Positions 51,004-61,247 are shown, numbered from the whole stretch's first letter. The stretch: 63,454 bases of DNA, filler included, from 5 parts of 5 records of this genome joined end to end with filler, not necessarily neighbours in it, one strand, 5' to 3'. Made by a program: numbers and translations. Notes: a model not told the origin generated them from the sequence alone.

Positions 51004-52017
51004 ATGAAAAAGCTTAACTGGATTAATAAAGGTATTTTTACTTTGAATACAGTATTTGCTTTTTTATTACAAATAAGCCTTTTAGTACCATATATTCCTG
51101 TTAAATCGTTTCCTAAAACAGCTATTTTTAGTCTTGCAACGCCTGTACTAATTTTATTAAATATAGCCTTTCTTGTTTATTGGATTGTAAAGTGGAAACG
51201 ACATTTTTTACTTTCGTTTATTATCCTCTTATTAGGGTATGGTCAAGTTTCTTCATTATATCAATTTTCTGGAACTAAAAATGTTGTTAGTCAGTCTGCA
51301 ATTAAAGTAATGACCTACAACGTGCGTATTTTCGACCTTTATAAATGGTTGGATAGAGAAGGAGTATCCGAAGAAATTATGGATATGATAAAAGAGGAAA
51401 ATCCAGATATTCTATGTTTACAAGAGTTTCACGATTCTAAAGAGAAGGAGTTTAAGAATTATAAATACCGTTTTATAAAATACAAGACTAAAGGTACTGG
51501 GCAAGCTATTTTTTCTAAATTCCCAATTGTGAAAAGGGGGTCTCTAAACTTTCCCAACTCTCAAAATAATGCAATTTTTATTGATATCTTAAAAGATAAT
51601 GATACTGTTAGGGTGTATAATTTACATATGCAATCGTTCCATATTAATCCTCAAGATGAAGAAATTTCTCAAGAAAACTCCAGTAAATTAGCTAAACGGA
51701 TGGGGGCTGTGTTTTCAAAACAACAAGTCCAAACAGATATTTTTGTTTCTCATAAAGAACAATGTCCATATAAAACAATTACTTGTGGCGATTTAAACAA
51801 TAATCAATATTCGGCAATTTATAAGCAAATTAAAGGAGACGATGTAGATACGTTTGATGAGCAGGGGAGTGGCACAGGGAAAACTTATTACTTTAAGTAT
51901 TTTCCGTTTAGAATTGACTTTATTTTGGTGGATGAAACCATAGAGGTGATGTCTCATAAGAATAGATATGAGCTACTTTCAGATCATTATCCTATTATCT
52001 CTCAATTGAAAATTTAA
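51004..52017 (+). CDS. Endonuclease/exonuclease/phosphatase family protein, membrane anchored
   Basis: MTYNV, LCLQE, GDLN, RIDFI, SDHYP. Confidence 0.92.
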   Translation: MKKLNWINKGIFTLNTVFAFLLQISLLVPYIPVKSFPKTAIFSLATPVLILLNIAFLVYWIVKWKRHFLLSFIILLLGYGQVSSLYQFSGTKNVVSQSAIKVMTYNVRIFDLYKWLDREGVSEEIMDMIKEENPDILCLQEFHDSKEKEFKNYKYRFIKYKTKGTGQAIFSKFPIVKRGSLNFPNSQNNAIFIDILKDNDTVRVYNLHMQSFHINPQDEEISQENSSKLAKRMGAVFSKQQVQTDIFVSHKEQCPYKTITCGDLNNNQYSAIYKQIKGDDVDTFDEQGSGTGKTYYFKYFPFRIDFILVDETIEVMSHKNRYELLSDHYPIISQLKI

Positions 52018-52091
52018 GAGCGACTAGCGTGTTTATTTCATATATATGTTTTTTTTAAGAGTTATATGGGATATCTAAAATAATCATTCCG

Positions 52092-52421
52092 CTATGAAAA
52101 TAGACATGGATGTTTCATGAGATAACAATCGGTTAGATCTGCAATTATATGTATCATTAAAGCGATACCTATAATTCGCGTTTTTTTGAAAAATAGCAAT
52201 GCAAAATAAAGCGCAATTAGATAATAGCTATGCAGAAAATGGAATCCAATGCTACATCTATTAGCATCAAACATAGGAGAAGCCCAGAGGTGGTCTATGT
52301 CTATTAGAATTCCAAGTAAAAGAATCCCGCTTACTTTTAAAAAATCTTTTTTGTAAAATAAATACGCAATAAGAAGGGGAACTATAAAATGGATTCCGTA
52401 ATGGACTATAAATCGGAGCAT
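52092..52421 (-). CDS. Small membrane protein (DUF6122-like)
   Basis: HYGIH, IDIDH, RCSIGFHFLHS. Confidence 0.75.
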   Translation of the reverse strand: MLRFIVHYGIHFIVPLLIAYLFYKKDFLKVSGILLLGILIDIDHLWASPMFDANRCSIGFHFLHSYYLIALYFALLFFKKTRIIGIALMIHIIADLTDCYLMKHPCLFS

Positions 52422-52437
52422 ATACTTTTAAAAAATT

Positions 52438-53058
52438 CTACTTAGATTGGTTGTCTAAATAATTTGAAGCATTGGTTCCTTCGTTAAAGAGTAAATCCAA
52501 GCCGTTTAGATTTTCTATAAAACCATGTTTATCATCAAAAACTTGTGTGTAGACATCAAAATTATAGTTCTTTTCTTCTTTTGCTTTTGCTAAGTGTCGG
52601 TTATCTAAAACTCCACTGATCTCTTTTTCAAATTCCGTAGTAAAAGAAAAATCCAATTCTATTTGAAAGCAATCTGCTAAAATCTCAATACTTTCCATAT
52701 TCATATCATAAAGAAATTTGTGTTGCTTTTCAAAAAAAGGAGCAAATTCATCTTCATAAAACTCAAAAAAAGGAGAAGTTCTATAGGCAGTTTGTATGGA
52801 TTTCCAATGTTGCTTTTTCCAATCAAAATTGGTCTCTAGTTCAACATCTTTATACTTTTGATGTGCTTTATTTTTATTGTGTTTTATAGGAATAGAAAGC
52901 ATTTGTATGCCATTTGGACTGTATATATAGGTTCTATTTCTATAAGTTTGCTTTTGATAATTGTCTTCTTTCTCAAATATTAAGTTTTCAGCAGCCTTAT
53001 TGATTTCAATCCAATGTGCTACAGAAGGAAAATATGTAGGATGAATAACAGTTTGCAT
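52438..53058 (-). CDS. WbqC family protein
   Basis: PTYFP, YQKQTYRNR, AYRTSPFFE, LDLLFNEG. Confidence 0.9.
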   Translation of the reverse strand: MQTVIHPTYFPSVAHWIEINKAAENLIFEKEDNYQKQTYRNRTYIYSPNGIQMLSIPIKHNKNKAHQKYKDVELETNFDWKKQHWKSIQTAYRTSPFFEFYEDEFAPFFEKQHKFLYDMNMESIEILADCFQIELDFSFTTEFEKEISGVLDNRHLAKAKEEKNYNFDVYTQVFDDKHGFIENLNGLDLLFNEGTNASNYLDNQSK

Positions 53059-53186
53059 TCTAGAGTTTGTAATTAAGTTAAAAGTTTTAAAGTAGGAAGT
53101 TTAAGGTTTTTTAATTATTGATAAAATCTTATTCATTAGAATTATACAATTTTCGGATTTATTGATGCTCCACAATCTTTTATTTT

Positions 53187-53243
53187 AATCCCTCATAGAG
53201 GATCTAATTCCCGAGAGCCTGTCCTGAGTTTACCGAAGGGCTC
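53187..53243 (+). repeat. Intergenic REP-like repeat at contig end
   Basis: ATTCCCGAGAGCCTGTCCTGAGTTTACCGAAGGGCTC, similar to 38384-38418. Confidence 0.7.
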
Positions 53244-53343
53244 NNNNNNNNNNNNNNNNNNNNNNNNNNNNNNNNNNNNNNNNNNNNTTAATTAATTAAN
53301 NNNNNNNNNNNNNNNNNNNNNNNNNNNNNNNNNNNNNNNNNNN
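53244..53343. other. Artificial contig spacer
   Basis: N44-TTAATTAATTAA-N44. Confidence 0.99.
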
Positions 53344-53495
53344 CTTTAGGCTTTAGGCTTTAGGCAAAAAAATTGTTATTCGTTATTCGTTAATAGTTAT
53401 TTGTTAATTGTTAATTGTTATTGGTTAATAGTTATTGGTTAATATCTCTGTCTTTTATATTGAATTTTTCAACTTTCAACTTCCGACTTCCGTCT
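53344..53495. repeat. Three blocks of heptamer tandem repeats
   Basis: (CTTTAGG)x3 at 53344-53364; (TNGTTAW)x10 at 53373-53442; TTCAACT/TTCAACT/TCCGACT/TCCGTCT at 53468-53495. Confidence 0.9.
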
Positions 53496-53571
53496 CCTTC
53501 AACCCCAAGTCAATTGTTAATAATTAAATACAAAATCCATAGTAAAAATGAGATTATAAAGTTTCAATTTT

Positions 53572-53579
53572 TATCTTTG
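53572..53579 (+). promoter_or_regulatory. Bacteroidota -7 promoter element of dnaX
   Basis: TATCTTTG ending 5 nt before the ATG. Confidence 0.6.
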
Positions 53580-53584
53580 TTACA

Positions 53585-55306
53585 ATGGAACACTTTGTAG
53601 TATCTGCTCGCAAATATAGACCCAAAACTTTTAAAGATGTGGTAGGCCAACAGGCTATTACCAATACTTTATTAAACGCTATTGATAATAATCATTTAGC
53701 GCAAGCTCTTTTATTTTGTGGTCCTCGTGGAGTTGGAAAGACGACTTGTGCCCGTATTTTGGCAAAAAAAATTAATGATGATGGCACACATGCCGAAGAT
53801 GAAGATTTTGCCTTCAATGTTTTTGAGCTCGATGCCGCTTCTAACAATTCCGTAGATGATATTAGGAGCCTTATCGATCAAGTTAGGATTCCACCTCAAG
53901 TTGGCAAATACAAAGTATATATAATTGATGAGGTGCATATGCTTTCTCAGGCAGCTTTTAATGCGTTTCTTAAAACATTGGAAGAGCCGCCAAAACATGC
54001 TATTTTTATTTTAGCTACCACAGAAAAGCATAAAATTATCCCGACTATATTATCGCGTTGTCAAATATTTGATTTTAAGCGAATTACTGTTAAAGACGCT
54101 AAAGAATATTTACATTATATTGCAGAAAATCAAGGGATTGAAGCCGAAGACGATGCACTACACATTATTGCTCAAAAGGCAGATGGTGCCATGCGAGATG
54201 CGCTTTCCATATTTGATAGAGTGGTAAGTTTTGCTGGAAAAAATTTGAGTCGCCAAGCAGTTACAGAAAATCTAAATGTATTAGACTATCAGACTTATTT
54301 TGAAGCTACCGATTTAATTCTGGACGGTGATATCCCAAAGCTGCTAGTCGATTTTAATAAAATATTATCGCTAGGTTTTGATGGTCATCATTTTATTGCT
54401 GGCTTAGCATCCCATTTTAGAGACCTTTTAGTTTGCCAAAATGAAGCTACTATCCCACTATTAGAAGTTGGAGACGAAGCAAAACAAAAATATCTCGAGC
54501 AAAGTAAAAAAGCTCCCCGAGAATTTTTATTAAAAGGGATTGAAATTGCCAATACATGCGACCTTAATTACCGAAGTAGTAGGAATCAGCGATTACTTGT
54601 TGAACTTAGTCTTATGAAACTCGCCTCCATCACTCACGATGGAGAAAAAAAAAAAGGTAGCAATTACATAATTCCACCATCATTTTATCGAGTTACATCA
54701 AAAGAAACAACTAATAAAGTTCCGCAGAAGGTATCTACAACTGAAAATAAACCAGCAGAAACTTCAGTAGAAAAAAAAGCGGTAAAAGATGCTGAAGAAA
54801 AAAAACCAGAAGCCCCAAAGGTAAACATCAATTTAAAAAATAAAAGTAGCGTTTCTGGACTTTCACTTTCAAGTATTAAGAAAAAGAAAGCACATGAACT
54901 AGCCAAAAAGAATCATGTTGTAGACGAAGCAAACCTTCCAGAAGATCCTTTTGATGAGCCAACAATGCAAAAACATTGGGATGATTATGTGAAAAAAATT
55001 GACAACGAAGGAAAAAAAATATTAGGTTCGGCATTAGGTTCTGATACGCCTAGATTAAAAGGAAAAAATACAATTTGGATTGAACTCGCTAATGACACGT
55101 TAAAAAAAGAGGTAGAAAGAGATCAATATCCGTTAATGGAATACCTAAAAGAGCATCTTAACAATTACCATATTGAGCTTTATATTACCATTAATGAAGA
55201 AGTAGCAAAACAATATGCTTTTACTCCACAAGAAAAATACGAAAAACTTAGAGAGAAAAATCCGCTTATAGACCGCTTACGAATGGAGTTTGATTTAGAT
55301 GTTTAA
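53585..55306 (+). CDS. dnaX: DNA polymerase III subunit gamma/tau
   Basis: SARKYRP, GPRGVGKTT, ELDAASN, IIDEVHML, KTLEEPP, SRC. Confidence 0.98.
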   Translation: MEHFVVSARKYRPKTFKDVVGQQAITNTLLNAIDNNHLAQALLFCGPRGVGKTTCARILAKKINDDGTHAEDEDFAFNVFELDAASNNSVDDIRSLIDQVRIPPQVGKYKVYIIDEVHMLSQAAFNAFLKTLEEPPKHAIFILATTEKHKIIPTILSRCQIFDFKRITVKDAKEYLHYIAENQGIEAEDDALHIIAQKADGAMRDALSIFDRVVSFAGKNLSRQAVTENLNVLDYQTYFEATDLILDGDIPKLLVDFNKILSLGFDGHHFIAGLASHFRDLLVCQNEATIPLLEVGDEAKQKYLEQSKKAPREFLLKGIEIANTCDLNYRSSRNQRLLVELSLMKLASITHDGEKKKGSNYIIPPSFYRVTSKETTNKVPQKVSTTENKPAETSVEKKAVKDAEEKKPEAPKVNINLKNKSSVSGLSLSSIKKKKAHELAKKNHVVDEANLPEDPFDEPTMQKHWDDYVKKIDNEGKKILGSALGSDTPRLKGKNTIWIELANDTLKKEVERDQYPLMEYLKEHLNNYHIELYITINEEVAKQYAFTPQEKYEKLREKNPLIDRLRMEFDLDV

Positions 55307-55472
55307 GCCCACTACAACGAAAAATTTGTCAACTCAATTTCTCTATTCTCTAATCAATCTACTTTAAACAAAACTAAATAGGCTTTCAGTAATTAAACCT
55401 TCTATAAGAGATAAACTTTCTACAACCTTATAAAGTTAGTATATTTGCAATTCATTTAAATGAAATTAGATT

Positions 55473-56054
55473 ATGCTCGGTTTGAAACTCCCAACAGATC
55501 CTAGATGGGTTAATATCGTTGAAAAAAATTTAGAGGAAATCCTTACTGACCATGCTTTTTGTGAGCAAAAAGCTACAAGCACAGCTATTTCATTTATAGT
55601 TCTATTTCCAGAGTATACCGATATTGTACAAGAAATGACAGCTTTGGTAAAAGAAGAAATAAGTCATTTTAAAATGGTACACGATAAAATAATCGAACGA
55701 GGTTGGGTTCTTGGTCGCGATCGAAAAGATGAATACGTAAACCGCTTAATGACATTTTTTCCAAAAGGAGGAAGCAGAACTACTTTTTTGGTTCATAAAC
55801 TCCTATATGCCGCATTAATAGAAGCCAGAAGCTGTGAACGCTTTAGACTTTTATCTGAAAATTTAGAAGACGAAGAACTACGTACTTTCTATAGAAATTT
55901 GATGGTAAGCGAAGCAAACCATTACACTATGTTTTTACAATTTGCCAGAAAATACGGAGGCGAAACAGAAACTAACAAAAAATGGCAAGCCCTTTTAGGT
56001 TTTGAAGCTGAAATAATGAAAGACCTCGGCAAAAAGGAGACTATTCATGGTTAA
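55473..56054 (+). CDS. miaE: tRNA-(ms2io6A) hydroxylase family
   Basis: DHAFCEQKA, EEISHF, LIEARSCERF, SEANHY; TATATTTG -7 element at 55440-55447. Confidence 0.92.
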   Translation: MLGLKLPTDPRWVNIVEKNLEEILTDHAFCEQKATSTAISFIVLFPEYTDIVQEMTALVKEEISHFKMVHDKIIERGWVLGRDRKDEYVNRLMTFFPKGGSRTTFLVHKLLYAALIEARSCERFRLLSENLEDEELRTFYRNLMVSEANHYTMFLQFARKYGGETETNKKWQALLGFEAEIMKDLGKKETIHG

Positions 56055-56148
56055 GACTTTATCATAATTACAATTTTTTCTACCTAACAGCGTAAGCGGT
56101 CTTATATCTTTATTCAGACTCTAATAGGTTTAAATAATCTTTTACTTT

Positions 56149-57063
56149 TTACTGAATTAAAGGCATATTTTTTTCTTTTTCAGTATTATAAAGCAGTTTT
56201 ATAATTCCATCAGACAAGCCTATTTTAGGAACATGAATTTTCTTAGCTCCGCTCCATTTTGAAGCATTTAAATAAATTCGGGATGCAGGAATAATTACAT
56301 CTGCACGATCTGGATTTAGCCCTAATTCGGAAATCCTATCTTCATAACTCATTTCTTGAAGAAATTGGTACTGTGCATTTAAATAAATATAAGATAACGG
56401 CTCTCCAGGCTTTCTACCTGACATTTTAAAGAGTTTATTGATATTTCCGCCAGAACCAATTATTTCTATGCTCTTGTACTTTTTGGAATGATTTTTTATC
56501 CATTTCTCAATATCCTTCCAAGTTTCCGCAGAAATCATTTCGTTAAGTAAGCGTACAGTTCCTATTTTATATGACTTTGAGGCTACAATCTTACTATCAC
56601 TAAAAATGGTAAACTCGGTACTCCCCCCTCCTACATCAATATATAAATACGTCTTATCTTTTTCTATTAAAGTATGTAAATCTGTAGATGCAATAATAGC
56701 TGCCTCTTTTTTACCATCTATAATTTCTATCTCAATGCCAGACTTCCTCTTAATAGTTTCTACCAACTCATTTCCATTGTTAGCCTCTCTCATAGCCGAT
56801 GTAGCACAAGCCATATATTTTTCTACTCCATGAACTTTCATTAGTAATTTAAAGGACTTCATAGCATCTATCATTCTTTCACAGTTTTGCTTTGAAATCT
56901 CTCCCACTGTAAAAGAGTCCTGTCCCAATCTTACAGGCACTCGCACTAAAGAGCTTTTTTTAAACTGAGTATCTTTAAATTCATACTCAATTACGTTATT
57001 TATCAATAATCTAATTGCATTCGATCCAATATCTATAGCGGCAAACTTCCTTATTTTCAACAT
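56149..57063 (-). CDS. ppx: Ppx/GppA exopolyphosphatase
   Basis: AAIDIGSNAIRL, ATSAMREA, DVGGGSTE, DRADVI. Confidence 0.93.
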   Translation of the reverse strand: MLKIRKFAAIDIGSNAIRLLINNVIEYEFKDTQFKKSSLVRVPVRLGQDSFTVGEISKQNCERMIDAMKSFKLLMKVHGVEKYMACATSAMREANNGNELVETIKRKSGIEIEIIDGKKEAAIIASTDLHTLIEKDKTYLYIDVGGGSTEFTIFSDSKIVASKSYKIGTVRLLNEMISAETWKDIEKWIKNHSKKYKSIEIIGSGGNINKLFKMSGRKPGEPLSYIYLNAQYQFLQEMSYEDRISELGLNPDRADVIIPASRIYLNASKWSGAKKIHVPKIGLSDGIIKLLYNTEKEKNMPLIQ

Positions 57064-57075
57064 ACAAACTCTTTA

Positions 57076-59178
57076 TTATTTACCTATTTGCTTTCTTAAA
57101 TAATATTCATAAGTTTCAAACTGCGATCTATATTTAGCTCCTTTAGTCTTTCTATAGGCATTATCATGCCTTTCTGATAAAACTCTTGCTTTTACATTGT
57201 CCTTCCAACATATTTCAAAAGTATCTAATAATTCTTTTTTGATATCTTCATCATAAATTGGACAACCAACTTCTACTCTAAAATCTAAATTTCGGGTCAT
57301 CCAATCGGCGGAGGAAATATAAAACTTTGGATCGCCATCATTTCCAAAAATAAACAACCTAGGATGCTCTAAAAATCTATCCACTACACTAATAGCTTCT
57401 ATATTTTCACTCATTCCTGGCACCCCTGGAATTAAACAACAAGTCCCTCTAACAATTAATTGAACTTTAACCCCATTCCTACTAGCCTCATATAGTTTAT
57501 CAACCATTTTATAACTTGTAAAGCTGTTCATTTTAATTTTAATAAACGCTTCTTTTCCAGCTTTTGCATTTTCAATTTCTTTATCTATTAGTTTAGAAAA
57601 TGCTCTTTTAGTGTAATGTGGAGAAACTATTAAATGCTTGTATTTATTGATTTTATAGTTGGTTTGAAAGAAATCAAAAACCTTATCCAGTTCCTTTAAA
57701 ACCCCTTGATCTGCGGTAAAAAGTGTATAATCGGTATAAATTTTTGCAGTAGACTCGTTAAAATTTCCTGTACTTACAAAACCATATCGCACCATCTTTT
57801 CTTCTTCTAAACGCTCAATAAGACAAATTTTACTGTGGACTTTTAATCCTTGAACTCCAAAAATAAGCTTTACCCCTTCCGATTGAAGCATTTCTGCATA
57901 TTCTATATTTGCTTCTTCATCAAAACGCGCTTGCAACTCTATTTGTACAGTAACTTCTTTCCCATTTTTTACAGCATTAATTAAGGAACTTGCTACCTGA
58001 GAATTTCGAGCCAGACGGTATACCGTAATCTTAATAGTTTTTACTTTCGGATCGATTGCAGCCTCTCGTAAAAACTTAATCACATTTGAAAAAGTATGAT
58101 AAGGTGCGTATTGTAAATAATCTTTTTTAGCAATTGCTTCAAATAAACTCCCATCGTGAGTTAATCCTTTTACTGGTAATGGCGGGAACTTTTTATACAT
58201 TAAATCAGGTCTTCCCAAACTCGGAAACCCCATATAATCTCGTCTGTTATGGTATCTCCCCCCAGGAATAACACTATCGGTATCGTCTATTCCCATTTTA
58301 TCTTTAAGGAACTTTAGCGTGTCTTTTTCAATATTTTTATCATAAACAAAGCGCACAGGTTCACTCAATCTACGCCCTTTTACGCTGGAAGAAATTTTTT
58401 CGATAAAACTTTTACTTAAGTCGCTGTCAATATCTAATTCCGCATCTAAAGTAATTTTAATCATATGAGCCGAAAGAGAATCGTAATTAAAGATGTTAAA
58501 AATACTTCCCATACAATAGCGAATCAAATCATCTAAAATGATAATAAATTGCTTATCTCCCTTACTAGGAAGTACCACAAACCGGTCAATAGTTCTTGGA
58601 ATTTCTACCAAAGCATATCTTACATCCTGATGTTTAGCCTTAAATAATCCTTTTACACCTTCCACTTTCTGATCCGTCTTCATGGACATTTTAACTGCTA
58701 AATACCCAGCACTATCTTTTAGATTTGGAATTTCATCCAAATCGTTAAGCATAATCGTTACAAGAGCTGGGCTAACTTTTTCATAAAAATAATTTTTTAT
58801 AAAATCGTTTTGCTCAGGAGTTACTTCGTCTTCTTTTATCATAAAGATATTTTCAGACTCTAATTCTTTTTCAATATCACTTAAAATCCTAAGGCTTTCT
58901 GTTTGATGATTAATTACTATTTGGGTAATATCTTCCATCAAATCTTTGGCTTTAGCACCTCCTAGCACACTTTTTCCCGTTTTTCCTGAAAGCGCAATCC
59001 GTTTTACAGTAGCATAGCGCACTTTGAAAAATTCATCTAAATTATTTGAAAAAATCCCCAGAAAACGAAGCCTTTCGATAAGTGGAACTGTTGTGTCTTC
59101 TGCTTCTTGTAATACTCTGGCATTAAATTGAAGCCAGCTAATTTCTCTATTTATATATTGATTTTTTACTTCGTTCAT
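57076..59178 (-). CDS. ppk1: Polyphosphate kinase 1
   Basis: NREISWLQFNARVL, NLDEFF, ELQARFDE, KVHSK, RFLEH, SADWMTRN. Confidence 0.97.
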   Translation of the reverse strand: MNEVKNQYINREISWLQFNARVLQEAEDTTVPLIERLRFLGIFSNNLDEFFKVRYATVKRIALSGKTGKSVLGGAKAKDLMEDITQIVINHQTESLRILSDIEKELESENIFMIKEDEVTPEQNDFIKNYFYEKVSPALVTIMLNDLDEIPNLKDSAGYLAVKMSMKTDQKVEGVKGLFKAKHQDVRYALVEIPRTIDRFVVLPSKGDKQFIIILDDLIRYCMGSIFNIFNYDSLSAHMIKITLDAELDIDSDLSKSFIEKISSSVKGRRLSEPVRFVYDKNIEKDTLKFLKDKMGIDDTDSVIPGGRYHNRRDYMGFPSLGRPDLMYKKFPPLPVKGLTHDGSLFEAIAKKDYLQYAPYHTFSNVIKFLREAAIDPKVKTIKITVYRLARNSQVASSLINAVKNGKEVTVQIELQARFDEEANIEYAEMLQSEGVKLIFGVQGLKVHSKICLIERLEEEKMVRYGFVSTGNFNESTAKIYTDYTLFTADQGVLKELDKVFDFFQTNYKINKYKHLIVSPHYTKRAFSKLIDKEIENAKAGKEAFIKIKMNSFTSYKMVDKLYEASRNGVKVQLIVRGTCCLIPGVPGMSENIEAISVVDRFLEHPRLFIFGNDGDPKFYISSADWMTRNLDFRVEVGCPIYDEDIKKELLDTFEICWKDNVKARVLSERHDNAYRKTKGAKYRSQFETYEYYLRKQIGK

Positions 59179-59664
59179 TTATTTAAGTTGCTTTGGAAAA
59201 ATAATTAATTCTGTTGTGCCATACTCAACATCTTGCCATCTTTCAATATCAAAATTTAATTTAACCACTCCAGATGTTGGAAGATTATCTATGGATTTAT
59301 TTCCAAAGATATTAGAAATTGAGGTGAATGCATGATTATGTCCAAAAATCATAACATTTTTATAGCTATTATCTAATTGTTTTATAAAATTACTCACGGA
59401 AGTACCTCCAAAATCATAAAGTTGCTCTGTAATTATAACTTTAGATACATCCAACTCTAATTTTCTCATAAAAATTAAACAGGTATGTAAAGCTCTATTT
59501 GCAGGACTTGAGAATACAGCATCAATAGCTTTAACCTTTTTTTTAAGATGATTAGAGACCAAAATGGCGTCATTAATCCCTCGTTCCATCAACGGGCGAT
59601 CTTTATCATCAACACCATAATCCCAAGAAGATTTTCCGTGCCTAACAATATAAAGTTGCTTCAT
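59179..59664 (-). CDS. SixA-like histidine phosphatase
   Basis: VRHGKS, DRPL, SSPANRALHT, GHN. Confidence 0.9.
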   Translation of the reverse strand: MKQLYIVRHGKSSWDYGVDDKDRPLMERGINDAILVSNHLKKKVKAIDAVFSSPANRALHTCLIFMRKLELDVSKVIITEQLYDFGGTSVSNFIKQLDNSYKNVMIFGHNHAFTSISNIFGNKSIDNLPTSGVVKLNFDIERWQDVEYGTTELIIFPKQLK

Positions 59665-59953
59665 TATTTTAAAATTTAAACTTACTATTAAGGCTGTTTA
59701 TTAGTAGCCAAAACAAACGCAGTTTACTATGAAATGAAAATAATAAATCTTTTTATCATTTTAGTGCATTGCGAGCGCTTTCTTTCCTAATAAATGATTA
59801 AAAAAACACTACAGAATATACTAAAATAAAGGTAAGTGAAGACTTACTAATACTTACAAATTGTATTTAATTTGAAGCAACTGAACATAAAAATAATTAC
59901 AAGTAGAAAAATAGATTTGATTTATTTACACGAAATAATAGTGTGTAATTCTA

Positions 59954-60451
59954 TTATCTTTTAACGAAGATATGAGTATAAAAATAGTCTCCTTTTTTAT
60001 TCTGCATAGCAGAAATCCCAGTTGTGGTATAGTCTCCTTCAATATTTTCCCGGTGAGAATCACTCTTTATCCAAGCATCTACCACTCCTTTGGCAGTATG
60101 GTAACCATAGCCAACGTTTTCTCCTACCATAACAGCATTAACACTTTTTCGTAAATTATATTCCCTATCAGCAAAATAATCATGATTAACTTCATTTTCA
60201 GAAATCATATACTCTGTATGCTCCTTTGCTTCCATTGATATTAAATTAAGCTTCTCTAAAGGAGATAGATTCTTACTCATTCGATATTCATTTATTAGAT
60301 GGATAACGTCATCTTCAATTTTAACATAGAAAACTGAGTTTTCAGTGTTAAGTTCTTCAATTGTTGAAACATCTTCTGAACTACAAGAGTAGAAAGATGA
60401 GAAACAACAAACTAGCAGAGCAGTAACGAATATTCTTACTAAAGCATCCAT
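59954..60451 (-). CDS. CAP (SCP) domain lipoprotein
   Basis: INEYR, H..YM, NHD, GENV, W..SDSHRENI. Confidence 0.9.
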   Translation of the reverse strand: MDALVRIFVTALLVCCFSSFYSCSSEDVSTIEELNTENSVFYVKIEDDVIHLINEYRMSKNLSPLEKLNLISMEAKEHTEYMISENEVNHDYFADREYNLRKSVNAVMVGENVGYGYHTAKGVVDAWIKSDSHRENIEGDYTTTGISAMQNKKGDYFYTHIFVKR

Positions 60452-60547
60452 AATAGTGTGTATATGTGGTTTCTATAATACAAATTTATAGAAACAAAAC
60501 CATATCATCTATGAAATGCACAAATAATCGATGAAATGCACTTTTTA

Positions 60548-61201
60548 TTAAGGATTCAATCTTTCAATTTTCCAATCATACTCATTTTGTATGATAAATC
60601 GGATTCTATCATGAAGTCTATTCGGTCTTCCTTGCCAGAATTCTATAGATACTGGTTTAATAATATACCCACCCCAATAATCTGGTCGCTGTATTTCTTT
60701 GTTTTCATAATATTCTTCTAAATCTTTAAGCTTTAATTCTAGTTCTTCACGAGAACTTAAAACTTCACTTTGATTTGAAACTATTGCTCCTAGCTGACTT
60801 CCTCTAGGACGCGATTCAAAATAACCGTCAGAAAGATTAGGAGCTATTTTCTCTGCTTTTCCTTTAATAATGACTTGTCTTTCAATATTGGGCCAAAAAA
60901 AAGAAGCACATAAATTGGGGTTTGCAGCAATAGCTTTTCCCTTTTCACTATTGTAATTAGTGTAAAATATAAATCCTTCCTCTGTATATTTTTTTAAAAG
61001 AACCACTCTATTTTTAGGAAAACCATCCAAACCAATTGTAGAAATTGTCATTGCATTTGCCTCATCCACTCCACCGCTTTTCTCAACTTCGTAAAACCAA
61101 GTTTGGAATAATTGAATAGGGTTATCGGGAATATTAGTCTCTAATAATTCGCTTTTTTGATATACTTTTCTATAATCGCTAAGATCCTTTTCACTTTTCA
61201 T
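60548..61201 (-). CDS. pdxH: Pyridoxamine 5'-phosphate oxidase
   Basis: RVVLLK, FYTNYNSEKG, SRPRGSQLGA, EFWQGRPNRLHDR; start chosen at MKSEKDL, ORF open to 61279. Confidence 0.96.
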   Translation of the reverse strand: MKSEKDLSDYRKVYQKSELLETNIPDNPIQLFQTWFYEVEKSGGVDEANAMTISTIGLDGFPKNRVVLLKKYTEEGFIFYTNYNSEKGKAIAANPNLCASFFWPNIERQVIIKGKAEKIAPNLSDGYFESRPRGSQLGAIVSNQSEVLSSREELELKLKDLEEYYENKEIQRPDYWGGYIIKPVSIEFWQGRPNRLHDRIRFIIQNEYDWKIERLNP

Positions 61202-61247
61202 TGCACTACATTTTTCATTACTTAAAAGATAGCTGCTTTCAGTTTTT

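Noticed and set aside
53344-53495. Possible CRISPR array or telomere-like repeat
   Set aside because: 7-bp tandem units without spacers and no cas genes; resemblance of CTTTAGG to telomeric repeats is coincidental.
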